Below are positions 10,275-20,678 of a stretch of DNA of 64,000 nt, piece by piece (position 1 is the first letter of the stretch; the number at the start of each line of letters is the position of its first letter). The translations under genes were made by a program, and so were the position numbers. The stretch spans positions 862,801-926,800 of the forward strand of contig CBDAPM010000003.1 of assembly GCA_965198455.1 (NCBI GenBank), given 5' to 3'. The notes beneath the pieces are model-generated. The model saw only the letters and a program-made list of their open reading frames with translations, made no database searches and had not been told where the DNA came from. This stretch comes from Terriglobus sp. GTDB taxonomy: Bacteria; Acidobacteriota; Terriglobia; Terriglobales; Acidobacteriaceae.

Positions 10275-10955
10275 TCATGGTCGAGCGTAGTCCATGGTCC
10301 ATACAGCCTTGTCGCCGACATGATATTCGTTACCTTCCCAAGGACTCCCGCAGACGTGCAGGTAGGAATAGGGTGTTCCTGAGAACATCACCCACGCTCC
10401 TCTATCCCGGACCGTAGTTGGAAGTCCATTGGCCTGAGCATCGAACGGCCAGGTAATCATCCAGTGAGGGCCGATTGGGATCGCGGGACTTGTCGTGTCT
10501 CGTGCGTCCGTATTACTCCGCTGAGTTGCGCCGCAGAGCATATAAATCATGCCGGGCGCTGCATTCGTCGGCTTCGGCTTGCCCTGCATTGCATCCATCA
10601 TCCACTGCATACCGAGCGGATTCATGCACATTGGCGGCGAACCAATTCGATCCTCGTCTCCTGGGACGCACAACCACTCGTTGGATCCTTGAACCAAGAC
10701 CTTCATGACCCCGTTCGGCCCAAGTTCGGCCACGGTTGCATTCTTCGTAACCTGCTCCGGCCCTGAGAGCCGCGCTCTGGTGATCCTGGGATCCTCTGCT
10801 TGGTCCTGCATATGTTTGCCTCTTTCCGTCTTTCTGCGCTTGTGTTCTGACTCCGCCGCGCCTCCGGCTAAAGCGCCTGAAGTTTGGCCTGAGCTGCTCG
10901 CCAACGAAGCTGCTGTGGCAATCGTCGCGGCGATGAAAGTTCTACGAGTCGTCAT
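10275..10955 (-). CDS. hypothetical exported protein with Tat-type signal
   Basis: N-terminus MTTRRTFIAATIATAASLASS fits a twin-arginine signal. No recognisable catalytic family. Confidence 0.6.
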   Translation of the reverse strand: MTTRRTFIAATIATAASLASSSGQTSGALAGGAAESEHKRRKTERGKHMQDQAEDPRITRARLSGPEQVTKNATVAELGPNGVMKVLVQGSNEWLCVPGDEDRIGSPPMCMNPLGMQWMMDAMQGKPKPTNAAPGMIYMLCGATQRSNTDARDTTSPAIPIGPHWMITWPFDAQANGLPTTVRDRGAWVMFSGTPYSYLHVCGSPWEGNEYHVGDKAVWTMDYARP

Positions 10956-11064
10956 ATCGAAGGCATACCCTAATTGGCAATCTTGCTGCCCAGCTCAGTC
11001 AATACTGGGGCGCGAGGGAGGCTCTAGTGTTCTCCCTCGCGCCGTCTGGAGCCAGCCACAAAAC

Positions 11065-12084
11065 TCAACCCTTGATGAACGCGAGCACATCAGCGTTGAC
11101 CTGATCGGCGAAGGTGGTGCAAAGCCCATGTGGCTGACCAGGGTAGATCTTCAGCGTGGAGTTTTTGACCAGCTTGGCGGTGAGAGGCGACGAGATCTGC
11201 AAAGGGACAATTTGATCATCGTCGCCCTGCAGGACCAGCGTCGGGACCGTGATCTTTTTTAGATCCTCCCGAAAGTCCGTCTCGGAGAATGCCTTGATGG
11301 AGTCCAGTTCGCCTTTCACAGAACCCATCATGCCCTGAAGCCAGAAGGAATTCTTGATGCCTTCCGAGACCTTCGCATCCGGTCGGTTGTAACCATAGAA
11401 CGGAACAGAGAGACCCCGGAAGAATTCGGCGCGATTGTTCACGACGCCTTGTCGCAATTCTTCAAAAACCGACATGGGGGCTCCGGGATGATCGGGAGTT
11501 CCGAGCATAAACGGCGTCACAGCAGAGATGAGGACTGCTTTCGATACGCGTTTGCTTCCGTGCCGTCCGAGGTACCGGGCAACTTCGCCACCGCCGGTCG
11601 AATGGCCAACCAGGACAGCATCCTTTAAGTTCAATTTCTCGATCAGCTCCGAAAGATCGTCGGCATAGGTATCCATATCATTCCCGTTCCAGGACTGGCC
11701 CGAACGGCCGTGGCCCCGACGATCGTGAGCGATGACCCGATACCCTTGCTCGCCGAAGAAGAGCATCTGCGCATCCCAGGCGTCTGCCGTTAGCGGCCAA
11801 CCATGTGAGAAGACGATCGGCTGACCCGCGCCCCAGTCTTTGTAGTAGATGCATGTTCCGTCTTTGACCTTAAGCATGTCCAGTGAATCCTCTCCAGAGT
11901 GTGGCCTCGAAAAGGAATTTTCCGTGGCGTGTTGTGAAGCGAAAGACTCAAGCGGACGCGCCAACGATGTGGCCATTGCAGCGCCGCCGATCAGGATAGT
12001 TCTGCGTGAAAACTGGCTTGTCCCATCAACATGTTGAACGCGATCTTCACTCTCTTCCAGCAATTTGTTCTCAAGGTTTGACAT
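11065..12084 (-). CDS. alpha/beta hydrolase, non-heme haloperoxidase/arylesterase-like, Tat-signal bearing
   Basis: IVFSHGWPL...[10 protein letters not shown]...[10 protein letters not shown]...QGDDDQIVP is the classic cofactor-free haloperoxidase/esterase pattern. [13 protein letters not shown] is a Tat-like leader. Confidence 0.85.
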   Translation of the reverse strand: MSNLENKLLEESEDRVQHVDGTSQFSRRTILIGGAAMATSLARPLESFASQHATENSFSRPHSGEDSLDMLKVKDGTCIYYKDWGAGQPIVFSHGWPLTADAWDAQMLFFGEQGYRVIAHDRRGHGRSGQSWNGNDMDTYADDLSELIEKLNLKDAVLVGHSTGGGEVARYLGRHGSKRVSKAVLISAVTPFMLGTPDHPGAPMSVFEELRQGVVNNRAEFFRGLSVPFYGYNRPDAKVSEGIKNSFWLQGMMGSVKGELDSIKAFSETDFREDLKKITVPTLVLQGDDDQIVPLQISSPLTAKLVKNSTLKIYPGQPHGLCTTFADQVNADVLAFIKG

Positions 12085-12479
12085 GTCGTTCTCCTGGGAT
12101 TCCGCACGTATAAATGGATGTCGACGATCAGCAGCAGTAATTATTGCGCGTGGCGCATTTCCGCAGCTTTGAAGTGTTTCGCCCCAGTTGATCGTTTCTG
12201 ACTGTTCTCTAAGCTACCGAAAGAGAAAGCGATCCTCTTTCTGATTGCAACTGTATTTTGACGAATTCAGCTTCGATGTTTCGGCGGCCTTCGCACTCCC
12301 GACCTACGGTGCAAGCGTGGCTGAAACACGTTCGGATTAGTCCTTTCTTTCGACAAAACCTAGCCGCTTTGGCAAAGAGAGATTATGCGACACGGCTCTA
12401 TGGTCACAACAGACATGTCTGTGGGCGTAACTGCCGGATCAGCGTCACCAGAAACCAATAAAGCAGTCAGGAGAATCTC

Positions 12480-13355
12480 ATGAGTGTAAAAAGCCAAGAA
12501 ACAATACAGGACGCAGATGACCTGAAAATATTCTTTCGGTCCTGGCGTCCTGAAACGAAAGCCCGCGCCACCGTAGTCATTGTGCCTGGATTCAACGCTC
12601 ATAGCGGGTACTACGAACATGTAGCCGAGCACCTCGTTGCCGACGGCCTATCCGTATACGCGGTCGATCTTCGTGGCAGAGGTAACTCTGAAGGCGAGCG
12701 ATTCTTTGTTGAATCGTTCGATGACTACGTGCGTGACGTCGAGGCGGTCATGGAGATCGTGAAAACCCGCGAACCGGCGCTCCCGATGTTCATGCTCGGT
12801 CATAGCGCCGGAGGTGTCGTCGCGTGTCTATACACGCTCGATCACCCAGCCGATCTAACGGGGCTAATCTGCGAGAGTTTCGCCCATGAGCTACCCGCTC
12901 CCGAATTTGTTCTGTCAGTCTTCAAAGGATTGAGCCATCTCGCTCCGCACGCACACATCCTTCATCTCCCGAATGAGCGATTCTCAAGGGATCCTGTTGT
13001 TGTAGAAGCGATGAACAACGATCCGCTGATTGAGAACGAGACTCAGCCTACACAGACCATGGCCGCGATGGTTCGGGCAGACGAACGCCTCAAGCAAGAC
13101 TTCCCGCAGATCATACTGCCTGTTCTTATTCTTCACGGAACAGAAGATAAGAACACACGGCCAAGCGGTAGCCAACACTTCTACGACAATGCCGGCTCTC
13201 CCGACAAGACACTCAAGTTCTATGAGGGCGGATTCCACGACCTTCTGAACGATGTAGATAAGGAATTGGTCTTGGCCGACATAATTGGCTGGATCAACGC
13301 TCATTTGGTAGTGCCCGCGCACATTCCCGAAGAACTCCCTGCACTCGCGCATTGA
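12480..13355 (+). CDS. alpha/beta hydrolase, lysophospholipase/monoacylglycerol-lipase-like
   Basis: VVIVPGFNAHSGYY, GHSAGG nucleophile elbow, LILHGTEDK, GGFHDLLND. Confidence 0.85.
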   Translation: MSVKSQETIQDADDLKIFFRSWRPETKARATVVIVPGFNAHSGYYEHVAEHLVADGLSVYAVDLRGRGNSEGERFFVESFDDYVRDVEAVMEIVKTREPALPMFMLGHSAGGVVACLYTLDHPADLTGLICESFAHELPAPEFVLSVFKGLSHLAPHAHILHLPNERFSRDPVVVEAMNNDPLIENETQPTQTMAAMVRADERLKQDFPQIILPVLILHGTEDKNTRPSGSQHFYDNAGSPDKTLKFYEGGFHDLLNDVDKELVLADIIGWINAHLVVPAHIPEELPALAH

Positions 13356-13388
13356 TGTCGTGCGATCAACGTTATGCGCCCCTTTCCT

Positions 13389-13424
13389 CTGCCGCGCTGC
13401 GTTATGCCGCGCGGCAGCTTTTTT
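13389..13424 (+). terminator. candidate rho-independent terminator
   Basis: An 8-9 bp GC-rich stem (CTGCCGCG / CGCGGCAG), followed by C + 6 T (TTTTTT), 34 nt after the hydrolase stop. Confidence 0.6.
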
Positions 13425-13480
13425 GCTCCTAGGGTCAGAGCGATGAAGCGCGACGAGATCAATGGAAAGGAAGTTTTGTT

Positions 13481-14872
13481 ATGACTGTGGAGAACTACGA
13501 AAACGTCGTCATCGGCAGCGGCGAAGGTGGCAAATACCTCGCTTGGCATTTGTCACAGTCTGGACAACAAGTCGCTGTAATCGAGCGGCGCTGGATCGGG
13601 GGATCCTGCCCGAATGTAAACTGCCTCCCGAGTAAGAACGAGATTTGGAGTGCCAAGGTCGCGTACCTCTCGCAGCACGCAAGCACCTTTGGTGTGGCTC
13701 CCACCAAACCCCCATCTGACATGGAGGCGGTCCAAGAGCGCAAGCGAAGAATGGTGCAGGGCCTAATCGCTACGAATTTGGAGCACTACAAGAGTAGTAG
13801 CACTGAGCTTGTGATGGGTGAGGCAAAGTTTGTTGGTCCGAAGACGCTTGCAGTCCAACTAAACGACGGTGGGACTCGAACACTGAAAGCAGAGCGGATC
13901 TTCCTCAACCTGGGAACCCACGCCTCTATTCCCCCGGTGCCGGGCCTCGCAGAGGCTCGGCCTTTAACGAATATCGAGCTTCTTCAACTCGATCGCATCC
14001 CCGAGCACCTCATCGTCTTGGGGGGAGGATATGTTGGGCTCGAGTTCGCCCAGGCATTTCGTCGTTTCGGAAGCCGAGTAACGATCCTGCACCGAGGGTC
14101 ACAGCTGTTGACGAACCAGGACCCAGATATCGCTGGCTCTCTACTTGAAACGTTACTCAAAGAGGAAATCGAAGTGATTGCCGTCTCCGAGACTCTGAGG
14201 GTGGCGGGGACATCGGGTTCTAGCGTCACTTTGCTCGTAAAAACTGATGCTGGCGAAATCACGGTTGCAGGAAGCGATATCCTCGTCGCGACCGGCCGAG
14301 CTCCGAACACCACCTCAATAGGTCTAGAGATAGCTGGTGTTCAGCTCGCTGAACAGGGGTATGTGAAGGTGGATGATCGTCTCCAGACGACCGCTGCGGG
14401 TATATGGGCAATCGGGGAATGCGCAGGGAGTCCGCAGTTTACCCACATTTCCTACGATGATTTCCGTGTGATTCGTGACAATCTCGCCGGCATCGATCGG
14501 ACGACAGCCGGCCGCCTGGTGCCCTCCTGTCTCTTCACCGATCCACCGGTCTCGCAGATTGGTTTGACAGAGGAGGACGCTCGCCGTCGCGGAATACCTG
14601 TACGAGTAACCAAGTTACCCATGGCTGCTGTGCTAAGGACCCGCACCCTCGATGAGAGCCACGGGTTCATGAAGGCACTGCTTGAAGTGGGAGGGGACTG
14701 CATTCTGGGCTTCTCCATGATTGGACCGGAGGCGGGCGAGGTCATGGCCATCGTGCAAGTTGCAATGCTGGCCGGTCTTCCTTATACAACCTTGCGTGAC
14801 GCCACATTTACACATCCGACGATGGCCGAGGGCCTCGTCTTTCTCTTTTCACAAGTGGAGCCACGACGTTGA
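13481..14872 (+). CDS. class-I pyridine nucleotide-disulfide oxidoreductase (MerA/Lpd-like, no metal-binding extensions)
   Basis: GSGEGG FAD motif, redox-active GGSCPNVNCLPSK, a second GGGYVGLE dinucleotide fold and a C-terminal dimerisation domain with the HP motif (THPTMAEG). Confidence 0.85.
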   Translation: MTVENYENVVIGSGEGGKYLAWHLSQSGQQVAVIERRWIGGSCPNVNCLPSKNEIWSAKVAYLSQHASTFGVAPTKPPSDMEAVQERKRRMVQGLIATNLEHYKSSSTELVMGEAKFVGPKTLAVQLNDGGTRTLKAERIFLNLGTHASIPPVPGLAEARPLTNIELLQLDRIPEHLIVLGGGYVGLEFAQAFRRFGSRVTILHRGSQLLTNQDPDIAGSLLETLLKEEIEVIAVSETLRVAGTSGSSVTLLVKTDAGEITVAGSDILVATGRAPNTTSIGLEIAGVQLAEQGYVKVDDRLQTTAAGIWAIGECAGSPQFTHISYDDFRVIRDNLAGIDRTTAGRLVPSCLFTDPPVSQIGLTEEDARRRGIPVRVTKLPMAAVLRTRTLDESHGFMKALLEVGGDCILGFSMIGPEAGEVMAIVQVAMLAGLPYTTLRDATFTHPTMAEGLVFLFSQVEPRR

Positions 14873-14921
14873 CGGTCCGGTAAGCCCTCAAAACGTTCTG
14901 CGGAAATGGAAAGGACTTGCT

Positions 14922-15458
14922 ATGGCAACACACGGATTTGGCGCGCAGCTTAGTAATCGAGAGTTTTTTATCAAACGTTGGCAGCAAGAACACTCTGCCT
15001 TTGTCAATGTGATCGCGGCATTGCCGATCGATCTATTAGACTTCCGACCGCATCCTCTTTCGCGTTCAGCGGCACAGCTAGTTGCGCTGCTCATCTCGGC
15101 TCAGCGGAGCTGTATTCAACTCTGCGACAACAAAAAGAGCTCATACACTGGGATGCACTGGCAAGAACCAACCACCTTGGATGATCGTTTTCACACTGTG
15201 GCAACCTACGAACGCGACCATAGCGAATTGAGAGTTCAGCTTGGCGCCTTGGACGATGACAGTTGGAATCATCAAGCCTGGTTGATCCAAGGTAAGGACG
15301 AAATCCTACTAAGGGATACTTTGGGTGGGCTTCTATGGATTGCTCTGTTCGATACGATTCATCACCGCGGCCAGTTGACTACCTACATCCGTCCCATGGG
15401 TGGTAAGGTCCCGAGCATCTACGGCCCGTCGGCCGACGACCAAAGGGAATGGCACTAA
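14922..15458 (+). CDS. DinB-family protein
   Basis: C-terminal DTIHHRGQLTTYIRPMGGKVPSIYGPS is typical of the DinB superfamily. Start moved to ATG 14922, because the track ORF start overlaps the upstream gene. Confidence 0.75.
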   Translation: MATHGFGAQLSNREFFIKRWQQEHSAFVNVIAALPIDLLDFRPHPLSRSAAQLVALLISAQRSCIQLCDNKKSSYTGMHWQEPTTLDDRFHTVATYERDHSELRVQLGALDDDSWNHQAWLIQGKDEILLRDTLGGLLWIALFDTIHHRGQLTTYIRPMGGKVPSIYGPSADDQREWH

Positions 15459-15551
15459 TGGCTCGAACTAAAGATCCATTCGTCGGGTCCCCTGCGTCGA
15501 CGCGTTAGTCATAATCGAACGCACAACGCCAATCGGAGAGGAGACTCGCAC

Positions 15552-17195
15552 ATGTCGATCGATAACAACGAGAACCACTCATTACTCTTTCCTCGCCTTG
15601 ACGCTCAAAGCCTCCAAACGCTTCAGAGAAAAGGTACGGTGCGAAAGACTACGGTGGATGAGGTCCTGTTCAACCGGGAAACTCTACAGCATGGGCTCTT
15701 CGTTGTGCTGAGCGGCAGTATTGATCTCGTCGGCGTTACAAACGGGCATGAATCCATTATCAGCGTACTCGCTCAGGGTGAGTTCACGGGCGAGTTGACT
15801 CAGCTCTCTGGTCGGAGAAGTCTTGTCTCTTGTCGAGTTTCGACAGCCGGCGAAGTTCTTGAAGTGGATCGCGAATCATTGCGCCACATCATGCAAACGG
15901 ATGCCGTCGTCGGCAATCTGCTGCTGAATGCCTTTGTGCAACGAAGAATCTATCTGATTGCGAATGCCGTGGGTGACGCTGTCTTAATCGGCTCCACCCA
16001 TTCCAGTGACACCCTACGCTTGCGCTCGTTCTTGGTACGTAACGGGCACCCCTATACCTATCTGGACATTGATGAAGATCCCGATATTCAAAGCGTTCTA
16101 GATCAGTTTGGTATTGAAGTGGCCGACATTCCGGTTCTGATTTGCAGAGGAGACGTGGTTCTGCGTGCTCCTAGCAATGCGGAAGCAGCCGTATGTTTCG
16201 ACCTGAACGCTGGGGTGGACCAAACTGATGTGTTCGATGTGGTTATCGTTGGAGCTGGACCATCTGGATTGGCGGCCGCAGTTTATGGAGCATCCGAAGG
16301 ACTCAACGTATTAGTTGTTGAGAGTAACGCTCCTGGTGGGCAAGCTGGATCGAGCTCGCGCATCGAGAACTACCTCGGATTCCCCTTCGGGATTTCAGGA
16401 CAAGAGTTGGCGGACGCAGCTTACATTCAGGCAGAAAAATTTGGAGCTAGGTTATCCATTGCTCGAAGCGCCTGTACGGTGCAATGCGAGCAGCATCCTT
16501 ATCGGATCAAGCTCGATGACGGAACTTTAATCCAGACCCGAACTGTTGTCGTTGCCACCGGATCTCGTTATCGTCGATTGGATATCCCTAATGTGGCTCG
16601 CTTTGATGGTAACGGAGTCTATTACGGGGCGACACAACTAGAGGCTCCTCTGTGTCAAGGCGAAGCAGTTGTAATTGTCGGAGGCGGAAATTCTGCCGGG
16701 CAAGCTGCGATCTTTCTTTCGAGTTTCGCGACTAAAGTCTATCTGCTTGTTCGTGGGCCAAATCTCAAGATCAACATGTCCAAATACCTGATCTCAAGAA
16801 TTGAGGCTTCGCCAACCATCATCCTGAAGACGCGCACGACTGTATTGGCTCTGGAGGGTGGAGACAGGTTGGAGGGTATTCGTTGGATGGATCACTTGAC
16901 AGGCGAATCAGAAGACCATGAGGTCCGGCGCCTGTTCATGATGGCTGGGGCCGACCCAAACACAAGCTGGGTGAGCGGCTGCCTTTCCTTGGACACCAAG
17001 GGATTCATAAAGACGGGTCCGAGCGTGCTTGCAGACTGGAATCTCCAGCGTGCTCCCTATCCCCTAGAGACAAATGTGCCAGGAGTGTTCGCTGTAGGAG
17101 ACGTGAGGGCTGAAAGCGTAAAGAGAGTAGCGTCGGCCGTGGGGGAAGGTTCCATGTGTATTCAGTTCGTTCATCGTGCGCTGGCGAATCAATAA
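15552..17195 (+). CDS. cyclic-nucleotide-binding domain fused to a thioredoxin-reductase-like FAD/NAD(P) oxidoreductase
   Basis: N-terminal cNMP fold (FVVLSGSIDLV...GEFTGELTQLSGRRS). TrxR-like half with VVIVGAGPSGLAAA, GGQ, VGGGNSAGQAA and FAVGDVR. Confidence 0.85.
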   Translation: MSIDNNENHSLLFPRLDAQSLQTLQRKGTVRKTTVDEVLFNRETLQHGLFVVLSGSIDLVGVTNGHESIISVLAQGEFTGELTQLSGRRSLVSCRVSTAGEVLEVDRESLRHIMQTDAVVGNLLLNAFVQRRIYLIANAVGDAVLIGSTHSSDTLRLRSFLVRNGHPYTYLDIDEDPDIQSVLDQFGIEVADIPVLICRGDVVLRAPSNAEAAVCFDLNAGVDQTDVFDVVIVGAGPSGLAAAVYGASEGLNVLVVESNAPGGQAGSSSRIENYLGFPFGISGQELADAAYIQAEKFGARLSIARSACTVQCEQHPYRIKLDDGTLIQTRTVVVATGSRYRRLDIPNVARFDGNGVYYGATQLEAPLCQGEAVVIVGGGNSAGQAAIFLSSFATKVYLLVRGPNLKINMSKYLISRIEASPTIILKTRTTVLALEGGDRLEGIRWMDHLTGESEDHEVRRLFMMAGADPNTSWVSGCLSLDTKGFIKTGPSVLADWNLQRAPYPLETNVPGVFAVGDVRAESVKRVASAVGEGSMCIQFVHRALANQ

Positions 17196-17305
17196 TTGCA
17201 AACCAGCCAGACAGAGAGCCATTTCTTTTGACAAACGCTGGCGGCTTCCGCAAAGACTTCCCCCTCGAAGAGATCCTATCGTTGGAATCAGCTTCCGGAG
17301 AAATC

Positions 17306-17848
17306 ATGACCTTCGCTGACACAATCACTCTACGAAACGCCGAGTTTGCCAAGGAACGGTATTCGTCTGATCTAAAGATTATCCCCTCAGCGAAGACCAT
17401 CATCATCGGGTGCCTCGATCCGAGGGTCGATCCGGTAGACGTCTTCGGATTGAAGTCCGGGGAAGCGGCCATTTACAGGAATCTTGGCGGCAGGATCAAT
17501 CCTGCCCTCGTCGAAGCCATGGTCTTGCTCCCGATCGTGACCAGAGCCGCAGGCCAAGAGATGGGCGTAGGGTGGGATCTCATCATTCTCCACCATACCG
17601 AGTGCGGCATCATCGGCTGTTATAAACACACGCCTGATCTGCTCGCAGTCCATCTAGGGGTCAGCAGGCCCCAACTCGATCTTATGGCGATCGCAGACCC
17701 ACGCAAGGCTGTGGCCATGGATGTTGAAGCCTATAGGAGCAATGAAGACATCCCTGGTGGATTCATGATCTCTGGGCTTGTCTACGACGTTGCAACAGGG
17801 TTGATCGAAGTCGTCGTGCCTCCAAGCCGACTCCGCTTGGGCGCGTAA
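17306..17848 (+). CDS. beta-class carbonic anhydrase-like protein
   Basis: C-x-D-x-R (GCLDPRV) and H-x-x-C (HHTECG) zinc-ligand motifs. ATG 17306 follows GGAG. Confidence 0.7.
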   Translation: MTFADTITLRNAEFAKERYSSDLKIIPSAKTIIIGCLDPRVDPVDVFGLKSGEAAIYRNLGGRINPALVEAMVLLPIVTRAAGQEMGVGWDLIILHHTECGIIGCYKHTPDLLAVHLGVSRPQLDLMAIADPRKAVAMDVEAYRSNEDIPGGFMISGLVYDVATGLIEVVVPPSRLRLGA

Positions 17849-17950
17849 GTTCAACCCCACGCCGATCGGATTCGACTCTCGCCCTCCTTCCAAACCGTAA
17901 ATCAGCAACGCAGAAGTGATTCTAATTCCCAAGATCGAGTGAGGCGAGCC

Positions 17951-18862
17951 ATGAATTCTGATCAGGTAAGCAAGCTTAGTGCAGCATCTGACGAGGACAC
18001 AAAGCTGATCCTGGTTACCGGGGCAACAGGCGACACTGGACGGCCAACGGTGAAGCTTTTGCTAGAGAGAGGTCACCGAGTAAGAGCATTGGCGCGCAAA
18101 CAGGATGCGCGCTCCAGAGCACTTCAGGAGCTTGGCGCCGACGTTGTCTTTGGCGACATGTTGATGATTGGGGACATCAGGGCTGCGCTGAAGGGTGTCA
18201 GGAGTGCCTATTTCGTCTATCCTCTGGCGCACGGACAAGTTGAGGCCTCGGTAATCTTTGCCAAGGCCGCGGAAGAAGAAGGACTGGAACTCGTCGTAAA
18301 CATGTCCCATAAGCAGTCTCGGCCTTTCGCGAGAAGCCAAGCAACGATGGCTCATTGGCTTTCGGAGCAAGTTTTTGACTGGTCAGGAATACCCGTAACG
18401 CACCTCCGGATTACGTTCTTCGCCGAATGGATACTTTACATCTCCGCCCTTATCCGCAAGGGGCGTTATGTCGTTCCGTTCGATGGAGAAAGCCGTTTTG
18501 CTCCCATCGCGTCAAGCGATATTGCGCGGATCGTGGTCGGTCTACTTGAGAATCCAGCGAAACACGTCGGGCAGGCCCTATCCCTACACGGGCCTGTTGA
18601 ATATAGCCACGTCGAGCTTGCGGCCCTTATCGCGCGGGTTCTCGGAAAAGACGTTCGATTCGAAAAAGTCTCTACTCCCGAGTTCCTTGAGTTGCTCGGC
18701 ATTCCGAACGACACCGCAAAGGGAGCGCACTTCGAGGCGGTGAAGATTGATCAGCAGGAGGGACTTCTCAGCGGAACCGACAGCCTAGGATCGGAGATCG
18801 CCGGCGGCCCACTCATGACAATGGAAGAGTTCGTTGCAAACCATCGTGCGCAGCTGATGTGA
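17951..18862 (+). CDS. NmrA-family NAD(P)-binding protein (paralog of 5714..6625)
   Basis: ILVTGATGDTG, and the shared block HWLSEQVFDWSGIPVTHLR..FFAEW also found in the 5714 paralog. The start could instead be GTG 17939. Confidence 0.85.
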   Translation: MNSDQVSKLSAASDEDTKLILVTGATGDTGRPTVKLLLERGHRVRALARKQDARSRALQELGADVVFGDMLMIGDIRAALKGVRSAYFVYPLAHGQVEASVIFAKAAEEEGLELVVNMSHKQSRPFARSQATMAHWLSEQVFDWSGIPVTHLRITFFAEWILYISALIRKGRYVVPFDGESRFAPIASSDIARIVVGLLENPAKHVGQALSLHGPVEYSHVELAALIARVLGKDVRFEKVSTPEFLELLGIPNDTAKGAHFEAVKIDQQEGLLSGTDSLGSEIAGGPLMTMEEFVANHRAQLM

Positions 18863-18994
18863 ATGCGCGGATTCAGAGGCATAGTGCAGACCGCTAGCGC
18901 TCGAAAGCAGTGCCTTCTCCCTTGCCCGATCCAGCAATTGTGCTATGAGCATTCCACTTGTTCAAAGTCTTGATCGCATTTAGCGGAGACGTAC

Positions 18995-20620
18995 ATGGTG
19001 ACTGAGATCGCAGATAGTACCGCAAGTATCGATCTAGGTCATCAGGTCTCCACCGGCATCAGCCCCTGGGTGGTTGCACTGACTGTAACGCTTGCTACCT
19101 TCATGGAACTCCTGGATACGTCCATTGCGAACGTTTCCTTGCCATATATCGCTGGCGGTCTCGGTCGCTCCTTCGATGAGGTGACATGGATATTGACCAC
19201 GTATCTCGTTGCGAATGCAGTAGTCCTCCCGATGTCAGCCTGGCTTTCGCGCGTATTCGGCCGGAAGAACTACTACATGGCATGCGTATTTCTCTTCACC
19301 GTTACTTCCTTTCTGTGTGGGATTGCCCCAAGTCTTCAGGTGATCCTTATCGCGCGTGTGCTCCAAGGCATTGGGGGAGGAGGCCTCGCCCCTGTCGAGC
19401 AGGCCATCCTAGTCGACGCATTTGAGCCTGCTAAGCGGGCTTCGGCGTTTGCGCTTTACACCGTAGCAATCGTGACAGCACCAGCAATAGGACCGGTGTT
19501 GGGGGGATACATCACTGACAACTTCAGTTGGCGTTGGGTGTTCTTTATCAACATTCCAGTCGGCATCTTGTCGCTCATTTTGACGAACCGATTCGTACAT
19601 GATCCGCCCGCCTTCATCAAAGAGCGCGCTTCGGTTCGCGTCAATGGAAAGCTGCGGGTGGACGGTATCGGGATTGCTCTGGTCGGCATCGGTTCTGCTG
19701 CTCTGGAAGTTCTGTTAGATCGCGGGCAGATTGACGATTGGTTTGGCTCAAGGACCATACGCTGCTGTTCCGTTATAGCGGTCGTATGTCTCAGTGCCGC
19801 TGTGTATTGGGAGCTGCACACTCCGGAACCTATCATCAACCTAAGACTCTTGAAGGTCCGGAACTTTGCAATTGCTAACGTCTTCTACTTCGTCTTCGGC
19901 GTAGGGTTGTTCGCTTCCACCACGATGATTCCTCAAATCCTGCAGTCTCTTTTCGGATATCGAGCGATCGACGCGGGACTTGTTCTTGCCCCGGGGGCGG
20001 TGGTCATCACGTTGTTGGCTCCCCTAGGAGCTCAGTTAGTTCAGCGGAAGATCATCCAACCCCGGATCTTGTTGTTTGGCGCTGTAATGGTTGTCGGTAT
20101 CTCCTTCCTGCATTACAGCCGCATGAGCCTCGATACCGATTTCCAACATTGGGCACTTGCAAGGTCGCTCCAGGGTCTGGGTTACGCCTTCTTCTTTGTT
20201 CCTCTTTCGGTTCTTGCCTATTCACAACTCGCTCCCGAAGACAACAATAAGGCGTCCTCCCTCACTAATTTCTTCCGGAATTGGGGAGGTAGCTTTGGAA
20301 TTGCGCTAGTCACGATCATGAGCGACAGACGGGCTAGCTTTCATCAGTCGATTGTCGGTGCAAACCAGACGGCATCGACAGTGCCGTTCCAAACCTCGAT
20401 GAAGCAGCTAGCCGCTTATCTCCAGATACATGGGTTCTCCCAGGCGGACGCGATCCATGCTGCCACCGGTCGTATTTACGAACAGCTCCAAGTCCAGACC
20501 AGATTCCTGGCTTTCATGGACTGCTTTTACATTTTGGGCGTTGGAACGTTGATTGCTGCACCTCTCGTTTTGCTGACAAAGGGATTCCAGATCGGCGCAA
20601 AAGCGCCTGGCGGACACTAG
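18995..20620 (+). CDS. MFS multidrug transporter, DHA2 family (EmrB-like)
   Basis: WVVALTVTLATFMELLDTSIANVSLPYIAGGLG, LQGIGGGGL, 14-TMS layout. Close paralog of 58278..59864. Confidence 0.9.
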   Translation: MVTEIADSTASIDLGHQVSTGISPWVVALTVTLATFMELLDTSIANVSLPYIAGGLGRSFDEVTWILTTYLVANAVVLPMSAWLSRVFGRKNYYMACVFLFTVTSFLCGIAPSLQVILIARVLQGIGGGGLAPVEQAILVDAFEPAKRASAFALYTVAIVTAPAIGPVLGGYITDNFSWRWVFFINIPVGILSLILTNRFVHDPPAFIKERASVRVNGKLRVDGIGIALVGIGSAALEVLLDRGQIDDWFGSRTIRCCSVIAVVCLSAAVYWELHTPEPIINLRLLKVRNFAIANVFYFVFGVGLFASTTMIPQILQSLFGYRAIDAGLVLAPGAVVITLLAPLGAQLVQRKIIQPRILLFGAVMVVGISFLHYSRMSLDTDFQHWALARSLQGLGYAFFFVPLSVLAYSQLAPEDNNKASSLTNFFRNWGGSFGIALVTIMSDRRASFHQSIVGANQTASTVPFQTSMKQLAAYLQIHGFSQADAIHAATGRIYEQLQVQTRFLAFMDCFYILGVGTLIAAPLVLLTKGFQIGAKAPGGH

Positions 20621-20678
20621 CGGTGTGCATTTGACTTGGCCCGCCGGAATCTAGAGCACACGCTATTGAAAGGGAAAG

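Noticed and set aside
12085-12479. 395-nt divergent intergenic region with small ORFs (12258..12461 +, 12360..12632 -) and a 6-bp stem (AGAAAG/CTTTCT)
   Set aside because: The ORFs have no supporting features and the stem is too short to be meaningful. This is most likely just a promoter region for the two divergent hydrolase genes.
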